Assembly (NCBI RefSeq): GCF_001194135.2
Contig: NC_068983.1
Location: 21,711,804-21,775,803 of the forward strand
Reading direction: 5' to 3'
Origin: Octopus bimaculoides
Taxonomy: Eukaryota
DNA: 64,000 nt
The stretch's first letter is position 1; the number at the start of each line of letters is the position of its first letter. A program made the position numbers and the translations under genes. Of this stretch, positions 13,256 through 25,629 are shown one piece after another. The notes below the pieces were generated by a model. It was not told where the DNA came from. It worked only from the letters and a program-made list of their open reading frames with translations, and ran no database searches.

Positions 13256-13875
13256 AAGAGGGAGAATACTGTTGAACATAACCGAGAAACATTGAATTCT
13301 AAGACTTCTCAAAAGTGTAAATCAATGTGGTTAGATAGCTTAAACTTACAAATTACAATGTTAATACACATTAAGATTCCATATTTTTGGGGGGGAAAAA
13401 AAGAAGAATTTTACATTTTAAATAATGAAATAAATTAATAAGAGAGATAAAAAAAAAAAGCAATTGAATGTAACCATTCGCAATCAAGATATTCATTAGA
13501 GAATTTAGTTAATTGATTTTTTTTATTTATTTATTTAGTCATTTATTGAATTCTAGGAAAATTAATTATTTTAAATGATCTGCAATTATTTAAATAATTG
13601 TGATATATATCTCTTTTTCTTTAAATTCTTCTGTATTCTGAGTTTTGTTTTAAAATACACCGAGATTAGAAATATTATTTCCTTTTCTTTTTATTTTTCC
13701 ACTTTTTATTTTTTATTTTTATTTAAACAATTTTTGTTATTCTTTTCTTTGGTATTATTCCACATGATCAAAATGGACAAATCTATAGCAATATAAAACC
13801 ATTAGAATCCTGGCTCCAATTTCTTCCTTTTCTTCTTAAATGAGATATTTATTTATATATTAATACTACTACTAC

Positions 13876-13932
<57 letters not shown>

Positions 13933-14636
13933 GCAGGATTACAAAATATAAAGAAATATGTGCTATGTGCTGCTAGTGGCTGGTGACAAGTATATAGCAA
14001 CATCAGAAATAATCAAGAATAATTGCAGCGAAGAATTACTCCAAGACAAAAGTTTGGCGACAACCTACTTAGAGTAGTCGTTTCATTCCTCATTACCGAG
14101 TTCAGCAGCAAAGATGCTTCAGTATCAATGAAACCACTAGATTATGCAATGCCAAAAAAAAATCTAAAAAAGAATTTTATTTAACATTTTCATTCTCATA
14201 GAATTTTCATCTTAATCTTATTTCTTTTTTTTTCTTTGCTAAGAAAACTGTTTTGTCTTTTCGTTGTTTTCTTTTTTTTTTTTTTTTTTTTTTTTTTGTT
14301 TTTCTATATTGTTGCAATATTCTTTTGATGTTACTTTGATCCTGTATACAATTACAATCCTTACAGATTTGCTAGTTTGCTGTTAAGCAGAAATTTTATG
14401 GAGCAAAATCACAGAGGCAATAAAAGTCATAAATTTGACTTTAAGAAAAGAAAAAAAAGAAATGTTACAGGAAAAAATATCACATAACATTTAAATGTTA
14501 TCTAAAAACAAATATGGTTAAAGTAATTAAACAAATGAAATTTTGAGTCACTTATTAAATGAGAATATATGACTTGTTCACAATGAGAAAACAATTTTAT
14601 AATGATGATCATGCAATGATATGTATATATGGTGAA

Positions 14637-15036
14637 GGAGTGGCTGTGTGGTAAGTAGCTTGGTTCCCAACCACATGGTCCCAGGTTCAGTCCCACTGCG
14701 TGGCACCTTGGGTGAGTGTCTTCTACTATAGCCTCGGGCCGACCAAAGCCTTGTGAGTGGATTTGGTAGACAGAAACTGGAAGAAGCCCGTCATATATGT
14801 ATATATATGTGTATGTATGTGTGTACATGTTTGTGTCTGTGTTTGTGTGTCCCCCCGCCAACATCGCTTGACAACCGATGCTGGTGTGCTTACGTCCCCA
14901 TAACTTAGTGGTTCGGCAAAAGTGAATGATAAAATGAGTACTAGGCTTAGAAAGAATAAGCTCCGGGGTCGATTTGCTCGACTAAAGGCAGTGCTCCAGC
15001 ATGGCCACAGTCAAATGATTGAAACAAGTAAAAGAG
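14637..15036 (+). mobile_element. Full-length tRNA-derived SINE family A (CORE-like segment, internal (TA)/(TG) microsatellite)
   Basis: A-box-like TGGCTGTGTGG, B-box-like GGTTCAGTCCC, accttgggtgagtgtcttc, tail gaaacaagtaaaagag. Confidence 0.85.
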
Positions 15037-15106
15037 AATATGGAACCAAAAAAAGCAAGAAGAAAACCTTCCATTCAAACACCATCCTGAAGTCAAACTA
15101 CAAAAT

Positions 15107-15147
<41 letters not shown>

Positions 15148-15153
15148 TACATA

Positions 15154-15643
15154 CTCTTTTACTCCTTTACTTGTTTCAGTCATTTGACTGCTGCCATGCT
15201 GGAGCACCACCTTTTAGTCGAGTAAATCGACCCCAGGACTTATTCTTTGGAAGCCTAGTATTNNNNNNNNNNNNNNNNNNNNNNNNNNNNNNNNNNNNNN
15301 NNNNNNNNNNNNNNNNNNNNNNNNNNNNNNNNNNNNNNNNNNNNNNNNNNNNNNNNNNNNNNNNNNNNNNNNNNNNNNNNNNNNNNNNNNNNNNNNNNNN
15401 NNNNNNNNNNNNNNNNNNNNNNNNNNNNNNNNNNNNNNNNNNNNNNNNNNNNNNNNNNNNNNNNNNNNNNNNNNNNNNNNNTATACGACGGGCTTCTTTC
15501 AGTTTCCGTCTGCCAAATCCACTCACAAGGCTTTGGTCAGCCCGAGGCTATAGTAGAAGACACTTGCCCAAGGTGCAACACAGTGGGAATGAACCCTGAA
15601 CCATGTGGTTGGTAAGCAAGCTACTTACCACACAGCCACTCCT
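15154..15643 (-). mobile_element. SINE family A, inverted relative to 14637-15036
   Basis: Reverse complement of the same head and tail; gap in the internal microsatellite. Confidence 0.85.
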
Positions 15644-15649
15644 TTACTT

Positions 15650-15885
15650 CATGTAAAGTAAATATAACAAATGAAAAATCCTTCAAGAATCCATAAAAAA
15701 TCCCAGATCAATACCAAAATTTCATCATCTGTTCCTTGTGTCATTATCAACTTTTTCTGCAAGTTTCATCAAATACTGTTCACAACTTTTTGAGTTCTTT
15801 TGCACACAGACGGACAGACAGACAAACCAACGCTGATGAAAACATAACCTCCGTCCGTGGCAGTGGTAATGATAATAGAAGCAGT
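15650..15885. repeat. Interspersed repeat ending gacagacaaaccaacgctgatgaaaacataacctcc
   Basis: Resembles from memory a widespread non-autonomous element of aquatic animals; class not determined. Confidence 0.4.
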
Positions 15886-16134
15886 AATGATGGTGATCAG
15901 AAAAATTAAATAAATAAACAAACAAACCCTATGATGATAATATAGTAAGACATAGTATAGTAGTATGGTATAGATAGGTGAAGGGTCAGAGATTACTAGG
16001 AGATATCAGTAGGGCAAGCCAAGAAATATAACCTAGTGGTGAAAATGATAAATTTGATGTGAACTATTGTTGTTAGGTATGTATTCCAATGAAGCCTGTT
16101 AAAGTAGATTAATATAGAATAGACATAGTCACAT

Positions 16135-16560
16135 CATCATCATTTAACATCTGCCTTCCATACTGGCATGGGCTCAATGGTTTGATAGGAGCCAGCCAGA
16201 TAGAAGACTACCCCAAGCTACTGTGACTGTTTTGGCATGGTTTGTTTTTTTTTATGGCTGGATGCCCTTCCTAACACCAGTCACCCTGTAGAGTGGAATG
16301 AGGGCTTTTTGTATGGCACCAGTACATGTGAGGTCAGTTTTGGCATGGTTTTTACAGTTGGATGCCCTTCCAAATGCCAACCACTTTACAGTGTGGACTG
16401 GATGCTTTATTATGTGCACCAGCACTGGCTGAGTCACCAAGCAACTTGCAAGACAAGGAATTTTGAGAGGGGAGGGAGCATTAGAGGAGGTGATTGCGTG
16501 TCAGATGATGAAAGATTAGAGTGTGACAGAGAGACAGAGAGACAGAGAGGCAGAAACAGG
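16135..16560 (-). mobile_element. RTE-tail-related repeat with doubled TGGATGCCCTTCC motif
   Basis: (CAT)n tail, two motif copies, (GA)n at the far end; homologous to 30360-30704. Confidence 0.6.
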
Positions 16561-17884
16561 TGTGAAAATCAACAGAAAAAGGTGAATGAATGGAAAAAGA
16601 TAAAGACATTTAAAAAAATGGAAAGGGAGTTCTTCAGAATGAGAGAATTAATGAATGAAATAAATTTAAATAAAATTATATTTTAGCTTGAGGAAGTATT
16701 AAGTAAACGAATGGCTTATTTATATTAGCCAATTAGTAAGTTAAATATTTTGTATCTGAACGAAAGAGTTAATCATATAATTACTTGAATGGTGGAAATG
16801 AAGGACAGGAGGGAATGATAAGAGGTGATTATAATAATGAGTCTCTGTTGCTGAAGCATATTGTACGAAAATGTGAATGAGATAAAGATTTAAGGAGAAG
16901 CGATAATGATAACCAATTTAAGGGGACACTGGTGAATAATAAGGGAATAAAAAGAAGCTTGTAAAACCATAAAAGCAGAAAGCCAAATCTCCAGGATATT
17001 GGAAATGAATGAAATTGTGTGAAGGATTGTTGATTAAGGTGTGAGTACACTTCAAAATGAAATTAAGAAGTAAAAGGCAAAGATAGGGTATTGAAGATTA
17101 AGGGTGAAAGAAAACCTGAAATTTATAGGGAAAAAAAACTAAATATTAAAAGATGGAGTAATATAGGAATGTGAGGGTAAACGAGCGAAACTTATGAAAC
17201 TGTTCAATCATCAATCTTCCAATGATTTTTACCTTTTATTCGTTTCAGGCATTTGACTGCAGCCATGCTGGAGCACCACCTTGAAGAATTTTTAGTCAAA
17301 TGAATCGACCCCTGTATTTTTTTTTCAGTCTGGTACTTATTCTATCAGGCTTTTTCTTTTTTTTTTTTTGCTGGACTGCTAAGTTACAGGGACATAAACT
17401 AACCAACCCCGGTTGTCAAGCAGTGGGATGGGGTGGGGTGGGGTGGGAAGACAAATACAGACACAAACACACACACACATATATACATTTAGTAATAATA
17501 ACAATAATCCTCGGATGGAATTTATAAACATTTAATGCATTGCTAAGCGCATTTCCACAAATCACATGTCTCTTCAAATCACATGTCTCTTCAAATCACA
17601 GTCCATATTCCTGGGAGGATTACAGTGTAGTCTGTAGTATCCATGGGCATTAGGTTGATCACCCGCAAAACACTGGTTCACCAGTCAGCATCATTAGACT
17701 ATAGCTGACATAATGGAATAGGACCTTTATTTACATGTTCGCTTAGTATTTGGGTTTATTTTCTGATTTGTAGGGTAGGTGCGAGAGATTAGAACTGGCT
17801 TGCTCAAACATAAAACAAATAGAATATTTGGGTTGGATATGGCCAGTTTAAATGTTAAAGGCTTAATGACTGTTAATTACTTAC

Positions 17885-17976
17885 TTTGTAACAAATTTCT
17901 TCTAGCTTGAACAAAGGCTTTAATATCAGAATCAACTTGTGCGTCTCCAGTCAATGGAATGTTTCCATGTTTTAAC
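17885..17976 (-). CDS. KIF6: KIF6 conserved C-terminal exon: (R)LKHGNIPLTGDAQVDSDIKAFVQARRNLLQ
   Basis: Acceptor atttctgtgtctAG. Matches the recalled KIF6 motif SIPLTGDSQTDSDIIAFIKARQSILQ. Ends at a consensus GTAAGT donor (phase 1), or reads through SK to TAA at 17879-17877. Confidence 0.92.
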
Positions 17977-19212
17977 CTAGACACAGAAATGAGAAATAAG
18001 TAGTCATGAGATTGTTTATTGCAGAGACACAGGGGTCGAAATACCCAGAGGTTCAATTACTTGTATTTAGGGCCAAAATTTGGAAGTGGAAAATAGCCCT
18101 GACTTCAAGGTAGACAGCTTTGTCTGTTTGCTTACAATCTACATAGAAAGAAACTAAATCACAATCACAATAAATGCTAGACTAGGTGAAACCAACTTCT
18201 TCATTGGGATAAAATTAAATGTTTTTATATCGTTAAAACAATATTCATATTCATTTGTAACACAATAACGTTTTTGCAATTAGCATCATGACAGTTGCTC
18301 TTCACCCTTTTAAGGTAGCAAACAACTTTAGAGCATATATATAGTTAGATGTTCCCTCCACTATAAATTCATGGTGTTATGAAACCAGTTAGCTGCAACA
18401 GTAGAAGTCGCTGTAGTAGTGATAGAAAAGGCAGAGAGATGAGATTTCATATCTGTGGGCCCCAGTGACTGGATTATGTTGGTAAACAACTTCATGCTAA
18501 TCAGTTAGGTGACCTTGTGTTTGGATATCATCAACAACATCTGTATTGTAATACTATATTTATTTCTATATGTCTCAGACAACTTTTATGTCTGCAGCTG
18601 TTACTTGTGGTAGACATATTCAGTTCAGTAGGAGACTTATCTTTCATCTGCAGGCATCCTCCGTATTATGGAAGCATCACATTCCTGGAATCTTGCCATA
18701 ACAAGGAACTTCAGAACACAAAACATATTTTCTCCTTGACTTCCATATTCATTGACATGAAATTGTATGGTAAAATAGGTTTCAAGTCATGAAATTTCAC
18801 ATTTTAACATGATTTTTCAGGAAGCAACACTTTTCATAATGAGGGTGAAGCCTGTACTTTATAATATAAAACCCCAAATGAGCCTCTTGGCATAGCTGCA
18901 GGTATTTAAATGTCATTTATCTTAAATTTATTGGTATTAGAATTGACAGTTGGAAGTTTTATAAAGATTTGTTATGAAATGAAAATGCAAATTTACAAAC
19001 AAAAAATGTGTGTAAACTTTAAAGTCAATCAAACCAGGATTATATTAATTTTTTTTTTTTTTTTTTGTTTCTCATTTTTAAAATTGTTCTGGAAAAAAAT
19101 CTGAACATTAAAATACAGCCATAACGCATCAAAGTTAAGGTTTTTTTTTATCCACAGAAATATTTTTCCAATACCAATGAGTAAAATATAAAGTGGATGT
19201 GTTTGATTGTTC

Positions 19213-19520
19213 AGGCGTAGGCACAGTTGTGTGGGAAGAAGTTTGTTTCTGAGCTATATAGTTCTGGGTTCAGTCCCATTGCTAGGCACCTTGGGCAAGT
19301 GTTTTCTACAATAGCCTCAGAACAATCAAAGTCCTGTGAGAGGATTTGGTAGACAGAAACTGAAAGAAGCCTGTCATATTTGTATGTGTGCATGTGTGTT
19401 TGTATGTATGTGTGTGTGTGTATATTTTGTCTTTGTCTTTGAGTTTGTCCCCACCCCCACCCCACTTGACAAATGGTGTTGATGTGCTTACATCTCCATA
19501 ATTTAGCAGTTCAGCAAAAA
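19213..19520 (+). mobile_element. SINE A, diverged
   Basis: gggttcagtcccattgctaggcaccttgggcaagtg. Confidence 0.75.
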
Positions 19521-19657
19521 AATAAGGGATCTTTCTGATTTGGCAGACACCATTTGTTTTCTAACGAAACACTTTCAAACTTGGGACACTGGTAGAATGT
19601 GTCATATAAAACATCCTTTACTCTTAGTATTGTTGAGAAAAGTTTATATTTTTAAAG

Positions 19658-20065
19658 TTATTTCATGTTAAAATTGCCGTATTTCGGTAATTTCAACCAA
19701 TCACTGACGTCTATTGAGGTGAAAACAATTACTGCTGTGGATTGTCAACAAAACGTTGTGGTGGTGTAATGGGATCTTTTTCCTTGAATAAAATTAATGC
19801 CATTGTTTGTCAACAACTATCAGCAGTACTGTTATCTATGACATCGTTCATGCGTTTGTACTGGTTTTAGCTTTAGGGTTTCATAAATAACAGTACCATC
19901 GATAGTTGTTGTTGACAAACAACGGCACTAATTTTATTCAAGGGAAAACGTCCCATTACACCGCTAGAACATGTTGTTTACATTCCACAGCAGTAATTGT
20001 TTTAACCTTAATAGACGTCAGTGATTGGTTGAAATTACTGAAATACAACTTTTAACATGAAATAA
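19658..20065. repeat. Long fold-back (about 178-bp arms, 51-nt spacer)
   Basis: 19658-19835 versus 19887-20065, e.g. aatttcaaccaatcactgacgtctatt / aatagacgtcagtgattggttgaaatt. Confidence 0.9.
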
Positions 20066-20173
20066 AATGGTGTATTTTACGTGCCACCTGCACAGGAGCC
20101 AGTCCAGTGGTACTGGCAACGAACTCGCTCGAATATATATATTTTTTTTAAATAATCAAATATTTGACTTTAC

Positions 20174-20463
20174 CTCTGGTAACTGACAGGAGCAGAACTC
20201 ATTCTAGCAACGGTAAGAGGTTGTTGTCCAGTAGAATATGGAGCAGAATGTGTGTTCAAGGCAGTGGAACTTAGTCTTCTTGGAAGATCTTTAGTTGGGG
20301 GACCATTACTGTTTATGGATTGCATTGATAAAAGTGAAGACGACTGTGACAATTTTGAAGTTGCTTGCCCTGGAGACACCGAGTTGTGATAATACTGAGT
20401 CTGTTGCTCTTGCTGTTGTTGTTGTAGTTGTTCTTGTTGCTGCTGCAGTTGCTCTTCCTGCAG
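20174..20463 (-). CDS. KIF6: KIF6 low-complexity tail exon, phase 0-2: LQEEQLQQQQEQLQQQQQEQQTQYY...MSSAPVSYQ(R)
   Basis: 290-bp open frame (part of ORF 20170..20529). Acceptor ttttgtttcatgccaacAG and donor GTAAAG. Phases link the 25452 and 17976 exons exactly; the position matches the poorly conserved KIF6 tail. Confidence 0.85.
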
Positions 20464-20551
20464 CTGTTGGCATGAAACAAAATTAAAATGTAAAATTATA
20501 ATTGTGTGTGTGTGCATGTGTACTTGCACATGTGTGTGTGTGCAAACATGT

Positions 20552-20611
<60 letters not shown>

Positions 20612-21394
20612 GCACCTGGCCAAGGGGTTACAGTGTTGGGCTCATGATCCTAAGGTCATTAGGTCAATTCTTGGGCCAAGTGGTGTGTTGTGCCCTCAAG
20701 CAAAGCACTTCCTTTCCCACAGCTAAAGTTCACTCAGCTGGAACGCAGACCAATTAAGTAATGGTGTAGCCTTCTCTTTCTCAAGCTGTTACATCCTACA
20801 TGCTCCACTGGATCACAGGTGAGATAGGCAAAAGGTATCTATTGATAAAATAATTAGGAAAAACATGGTACATGCTATCAATCAGACATCTGGAGATTGA
20901 GAATGAGACAAATTCCAGATGGCTTCTAGATGTCAGGCTTCTGTTGATTGACACAAGTCTTGTGGTGTAACTGGTTTGGAACTGACCACAGTTCTTTTGT
21001 CTGTCCTTAGCCCATGTGGTTGGACAAGATGTTAGTAGATAGTTGTCATCAGAATGTCTGGAAGCTGCGGTATTTAGCAATGACAGTTCATTGCATTTGT
21101 TGCCACACATGGTAGAGCAGGTTGTTATCATGGCTTAGCAGAAAACAAACACTATAGTAGTGATTTATTACTCTAAGTTGCATGTGGCGAAGTAAAACTG
21201 TTATTAAATAATACAAGTAGCTCCTATCAAATGAGTTGTTGAATGCCACCTTCTTTTGTTTGTTGTCTCACTAGTGTAAGTATATATATATATATTCTTT
21301 TATTCTTTTACATGCTTCAGCTCTATGACTGTGGTCATGCTGGAGCACTACCAGTGACATATATATGTATATCGTCGTCATCATATACATACAC

Positions 21395-21576
21395 ATAAGA
21401 TGATAATTTATTTTCGAATGCAGAGACGCTGTTAGAACAGCAGAATTATTGGGTAAATCACCCGTAAAAGTGGAAAAATTTGTTAGCAAATTTTTCTGCT
21501 TTGTAAGGGGGATTTATCCAATATTTATGCTGTTCTAACGGCATCTCTGTGTTCGAAAATAAAATTATTATCTTAT
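21395..21576. repeat. Fold-back with about 88-bp arms and 4-nt loop
   Basis: 21395-21482 versus 21487-21576, roughly 85% complementary. Confidence 0.88.
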
Positions 21577-21649
21577 TTGTATCTATATACACATTTCAAT
21601 GCTTATAAAAAATAAATCTTAGTTTGTTTATATTTATGATTATATCATC

Positions 21650-21905
21650 ATCATCATCATCATCATCAACGTCCGCTTTCCATGCTAGCATGGGTTGGAT
21701 GATTTGACTGAGGACTGGCAAGCCAGCAGGCTGCACCAGGCTCCAATCTGATTTGGCAGAGTTTCTACTGCTGGATGCCCCTTCCTAACGCCAACCACTC
21801 CGAGAGTGTAGTGGGTGCTTCTACGTGCCACCGGCACGATGCCCAGTCAGGCGGTACTGGCAATGGCCACACTCAAAATGGTGTTTTTTACATGCCACCC
21901 GCACA
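21650..21905 (-). mobile_element. RTE 3' UTR fragment
   Basis: (CAT)n followed by ctggatgcccttcctaacgccaaccactc; same family. Confidence 0.8.
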
Positions 21906-23039
21906 GGATCCTGCGTGGCAGCTTGGGCAAGTGTCTCTTCTACTATAGCACCGGGCCAATCAAAGTCTCATGAGTGGATTTGGTAGGCAGAAACTGAAAG
22001 TACATACATAAGTACACATACATNNNNNNNNNNNNNNNNNNNNNNNNNNNNNNNNNNNNNNNNNNNNNNNNNNNNNNNNNNNNNNNNNNNNNNNNNNNNN
22101 NNNNNNNNNNNNNNNNNNNNNNNNNNNNNNNNNNNNNNNNNNNNNNNNNNNNNNNNNNNNNNNNNNNNNNNNNNNNNNNNNNNNNNNNNNNNNNNNNNNN
22201 NNNNNNNNNNNNNNNNNNNNNNNNNNNNNNNNNNNNNNNNNNNNNNNNNNNNNNNNNNNNNNNNNNNNNNNNNNNNNNNNNNNNNNNNNNNNNNNNNNNN
22301 NNNNNNNNNNNNNNNNNNNNNNNNNNNNNNNNNNNNNNNNNNNNNNNNNNNNNNNNNNNNNNNNNNNNNNNNNNNNNNNNNNNNNNNNNNNNNNNNNNNN
22401 NNNNNNNNNNNNNNAATACACACACACACACACATACACTCACACATGCAAGTACACAAACACTTGTCTAAATGGTGTTTCTAAAATCCCCTTTGACACA
22501 TATAACCAAATAATACTCTAATGTAATTTCAACATGAAATGCAATTAGTGAAACAAGTTCCTATCTGCAAAAGGAAACAGAACTTGTGGAATGGAGGAAC
22601 AAGAGCTTTGGAATGAGACTGCATTGAAGCATGTGAAGAGAAATGGGGGGGATGGGGGGGGGACCGGTTAAGGTGCAGACAAATTATAGGAACTGGATAA
22701 GAGAGAAATCACATGCATAGAATAATGAAACAAGTGTGGTGGATGCTAAAGCGATGGGTTTTATGTCTTGGAAATGTATAATGAAGAGGAATGTTGGTTA
22801 GATGGGCAGGAATGTGGGTGAGATAGACTTGTTGGAATTGTAACTGGTGAAATAGTCACATAGGAAGTAGAAACAGAAGCTTTGTCAAAAATTCCTGTTA
22901 TTTGTGAAGAAGTGGGTTGTGCTACAGGCAAGACTCAAATCAAGGCAAAGATCTGTCGCAACATAAACAGGTGAACAAGGTGTGCTTGTAGTAGGAACAA
23001 TAAAGAAGTAGTTTACTGTAATGCCAACATATATCATGC

Positions 23040-24760
23040 ATATTGTCACTGCTGCAACAGAGTAGTATGAGATGCTATCTGCAAAAGCAATTCACAATAT
23101 CAATGCATGTCGTGGATATATAGTAGTAAAATATTGAATCACTGAAGCGAATAAATGCTGTCAAAAGATGTTCATGCTACAGTAGCAAATTAGCAACAGA
23201 ATCTATAAATAGTAATAATAGGCATTGTTGACATGTATCATCACTACAATAAACAAATAGCAACCTTATTGCAACAGATATTATCTATAATAGCAACAAG
23301 AATTACCAACAGAGGTCTTATTCATCATCATCATCGTTTAACGTCCGCTTTCCATGCTAGCATGGGTTGGACGACTTGACTGAGGACTGGTGAAACCGGA
23401 TGGCAACACCAGGCTCCAATCTAAATTTGGCAGAGTTTCTAGAGCTGGATGCCCTTCCTAACGCCAACCACTCAGAGAGTGTAGTAGGTGCTTTTACGTG
23501 TCCCCTGCACGAAGGCCAGTCAGGCGATACTGGCAATGGCCACGCTCGAAATGGTGTCTTTTATGTGCCACCNNNNNNNNNNNNNNNNNNNNNNNNNNNN
23601 NNNNNNNNNNNNNNNNNNNNNNNNNNNNNNNNNNNNNNNNNNNNNNNNNNNNNNNNNNNNNNNNNNNNNNNNNNNNNNNNNNNNNNNNNNNNNNNNNNNN
23701 NNNNNNNNNNNNNNNNNNNNNNNNNNNNNNNNNNNNNNNNNNNNNNNNNNNNNNNNNNNNNNNNNNNNNNNNNNNNNNNNNNNNNNNNNNNNNNNNNNNN
23801 NNNNNNNNNNNNNNNNNNNNNNNNNNNNNNNNNNNNNNNNNNNNNNNNNNNNNNNNNNNNNNNNNNNNNNNNNNNNNNNNNNCTTGGTCAGTAGTCATCG
23901 CCTCGGTGAGGCCCAATGTACGAAGGTCTTGCCTCACCACCTCAGCCCAGGTCTTCCTGGGCCTACCTCTTCCACGGGTTCCCTCAACTGTTAGGGTGTG
24001 GCACTTTTTCATGCAGCTATCCTCATCCATTCTCACCACATGTCCATACCAGCGCAATCGTCTCTCTTGCACACCACAACTGATGCTTCTAATGTTCAGC
24101 TTTTCTCTCAAGATACTTACACTCTGACGGGTATTCACATTGACATTACACATCCAACGGAGCATACTGGCTTCATTCCTTGCGAGCTTACGTGTAGTAA
24201 CAAAAATAGTTATAGATATTATAGACAGCGGTAACAGAGACAGTTTCACATATATCATTATGAATGCAACAGAAAAGCAAATCAACAGATGCTATCTATA
24301 ATAGCAACAGGAATTACCAGTAAATGTCTTATTACAATAATAAAATCGCAACAGATGTTATAGACAATAGTAACAGACAGTATTACACATATTATTATTA
24401 TGACAGTAACAGAATAACAAATCATTGTAGCAAACAGATGTTATCTATAATAGTAATAAATATTATCAACAGATGTGATACTATATGCAGTGAATGGTAA
24501 CAGATGAAATCTACAATAGCAAGTGGAAATATCAACACATATCATCCATAATGAAACAGAACATCAAATACAATCCACAATAAGCAACAGGCCTTATCAA
24601 CAGATGCAATACATCAGTAATAAAATAGCGACATGTAATTGCCAACAGTAACAAACAAAATCAACAGATGTGATTACGATAGTAACACAACAGCAAATAA
24701 TTATAGTAATTGATGCTACCCACAGTAGCAATTGACAATTCCAACAGATGCCGTCAATGC
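23040..24760. repeat. Degenerate minisatellite with (C/A)AACAGATG..ATCTATAATAG core, interrupted by the RTE insertion
   Basis: Core recurs near 23270, 24284, 24349, 24433, 24467, 24498, 24598, 24661 and 24742. Confidence 0.65.
23322..24193 (-). mobile_element. 5'-truncated RTE LINE, same young family as 3005-3592
   Basis: Same ORF2 end peptide; (CAT)n tail at about 23322-23335; gap falls in the internal tandem array. Confidence 0.88.
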
Positions 24761-25290
24761 ATTGGCATAGTGGCACATAAAAAGCACCAACCGATTGTCG
24801 CCGTTGCCAGCCTCCTCTGGCCCCTGTGCCAGTGGCACATAAAAGCACCCACTACACTCTATGAGTGGTTGGCATTAGGAAGGGCATCCAGCTGTAGAAA
24901 CTCTGCCAGATCAGACTGGAGCCTGGTGTGGCCNNNNNNNNNNNNNNNNNNNNNNNNNNNNNNNNNNNNNNNNNNNNNNNNNNNNNNNNNNNNNNNNNNN
25001 NNNNNNNNNNNNNNNNNNNNNNNNNNNNNNNNNNNNNNNNNNNNNNNNNNNNNNNNNNNNNNNNCGCCGTTGCCAGCCTCCTCTGGCCCCTGTGCCAGTG
25101 GCACATAAAAGCACCCACTACACTCTATGAGTGGTTGGCATTAGGAAGGGCATCCAGCTGTAGAAACTCTGCCAGATCAGACTGGAGCCTGGTGTGGCCT
25201 CCTGGCTTCTCAGACCCTGGTCGAACCGTTCAACCCATGCTAGCATGGAAAACAGATATTAAACAATGATGAAGATGATGATGATGACTG
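24752..25290 (+). mobile_element. RTE 3' UTR fragment; 135 bp duplicated across an N gap
   Basis: 24799-24933 is identical to 25065-25199; (GAT)n tail. Confidence 0.75.
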
Positions 25291-25451
25291 ATGAATCAGA
25301 GCTGACCTGGATCTAAACACCAGCATCAAAATATATTGTTAATTAATTACAAATAAATTTTCACATTCTTGTCATGCAGTATTACTCATATTGTGATAAA
25401 ACTGCCACACTCAATCTTTCTCCAATCACAACCACCCAATGTCATACTCAC

Positions 25452-25587
25452 CATGACCAGATTTACTTGCTCAGCCCACCATTCTTCAAAGGCTTTCATT
25501 AGTTGAACCTTTTCTTTCTCTAGCAGATGCTGACAATGTTCTATTTCAGTCTTCAAATTCCGGAGGGAGTTGAAATTATCTTTGTAC
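25452..25587 (-). CDS. KIF6: KIF6 internal exon, phase 2-0: YKDNFNSLRNLKTEIEHCQHLLEKEKVQLMKAFEEWWAEQVNLVM
   Basis: Acceptor ttctgttacAG and donor GTGAGT; 136 bp. Strong by-eye match to recalled KIF6 YKTMFTRLKALKVEIEHLQLLMDKAKVKLQKEFEVWWAEE. Confidence 0.93.
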
Positions 25588-25629
25588 CTGTAACAGAATA
25601 TATATATATGTATATATATGATATATCAT

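Noticed and set aside
14013-14136. Open frame GFIDTEASLLLNSVMRNETTTL after an AG as a possible KIF6 exon
   Set aside because: The phase-2 slot is already filled by the conserved 17976 exon; no KIF6 similarity; weak pyrimidine tract.
20796-21131. 111-aa ORF in unique-looking sequence
   Set aside because: No recognisable domain; lies in a KIF6 intron whose flanking exons already join in frame.
24799-25199. 135-bp perfect duplication
   Set aside because: Identical copies directly flank an N gap, most likely an unmerged contig overlap.
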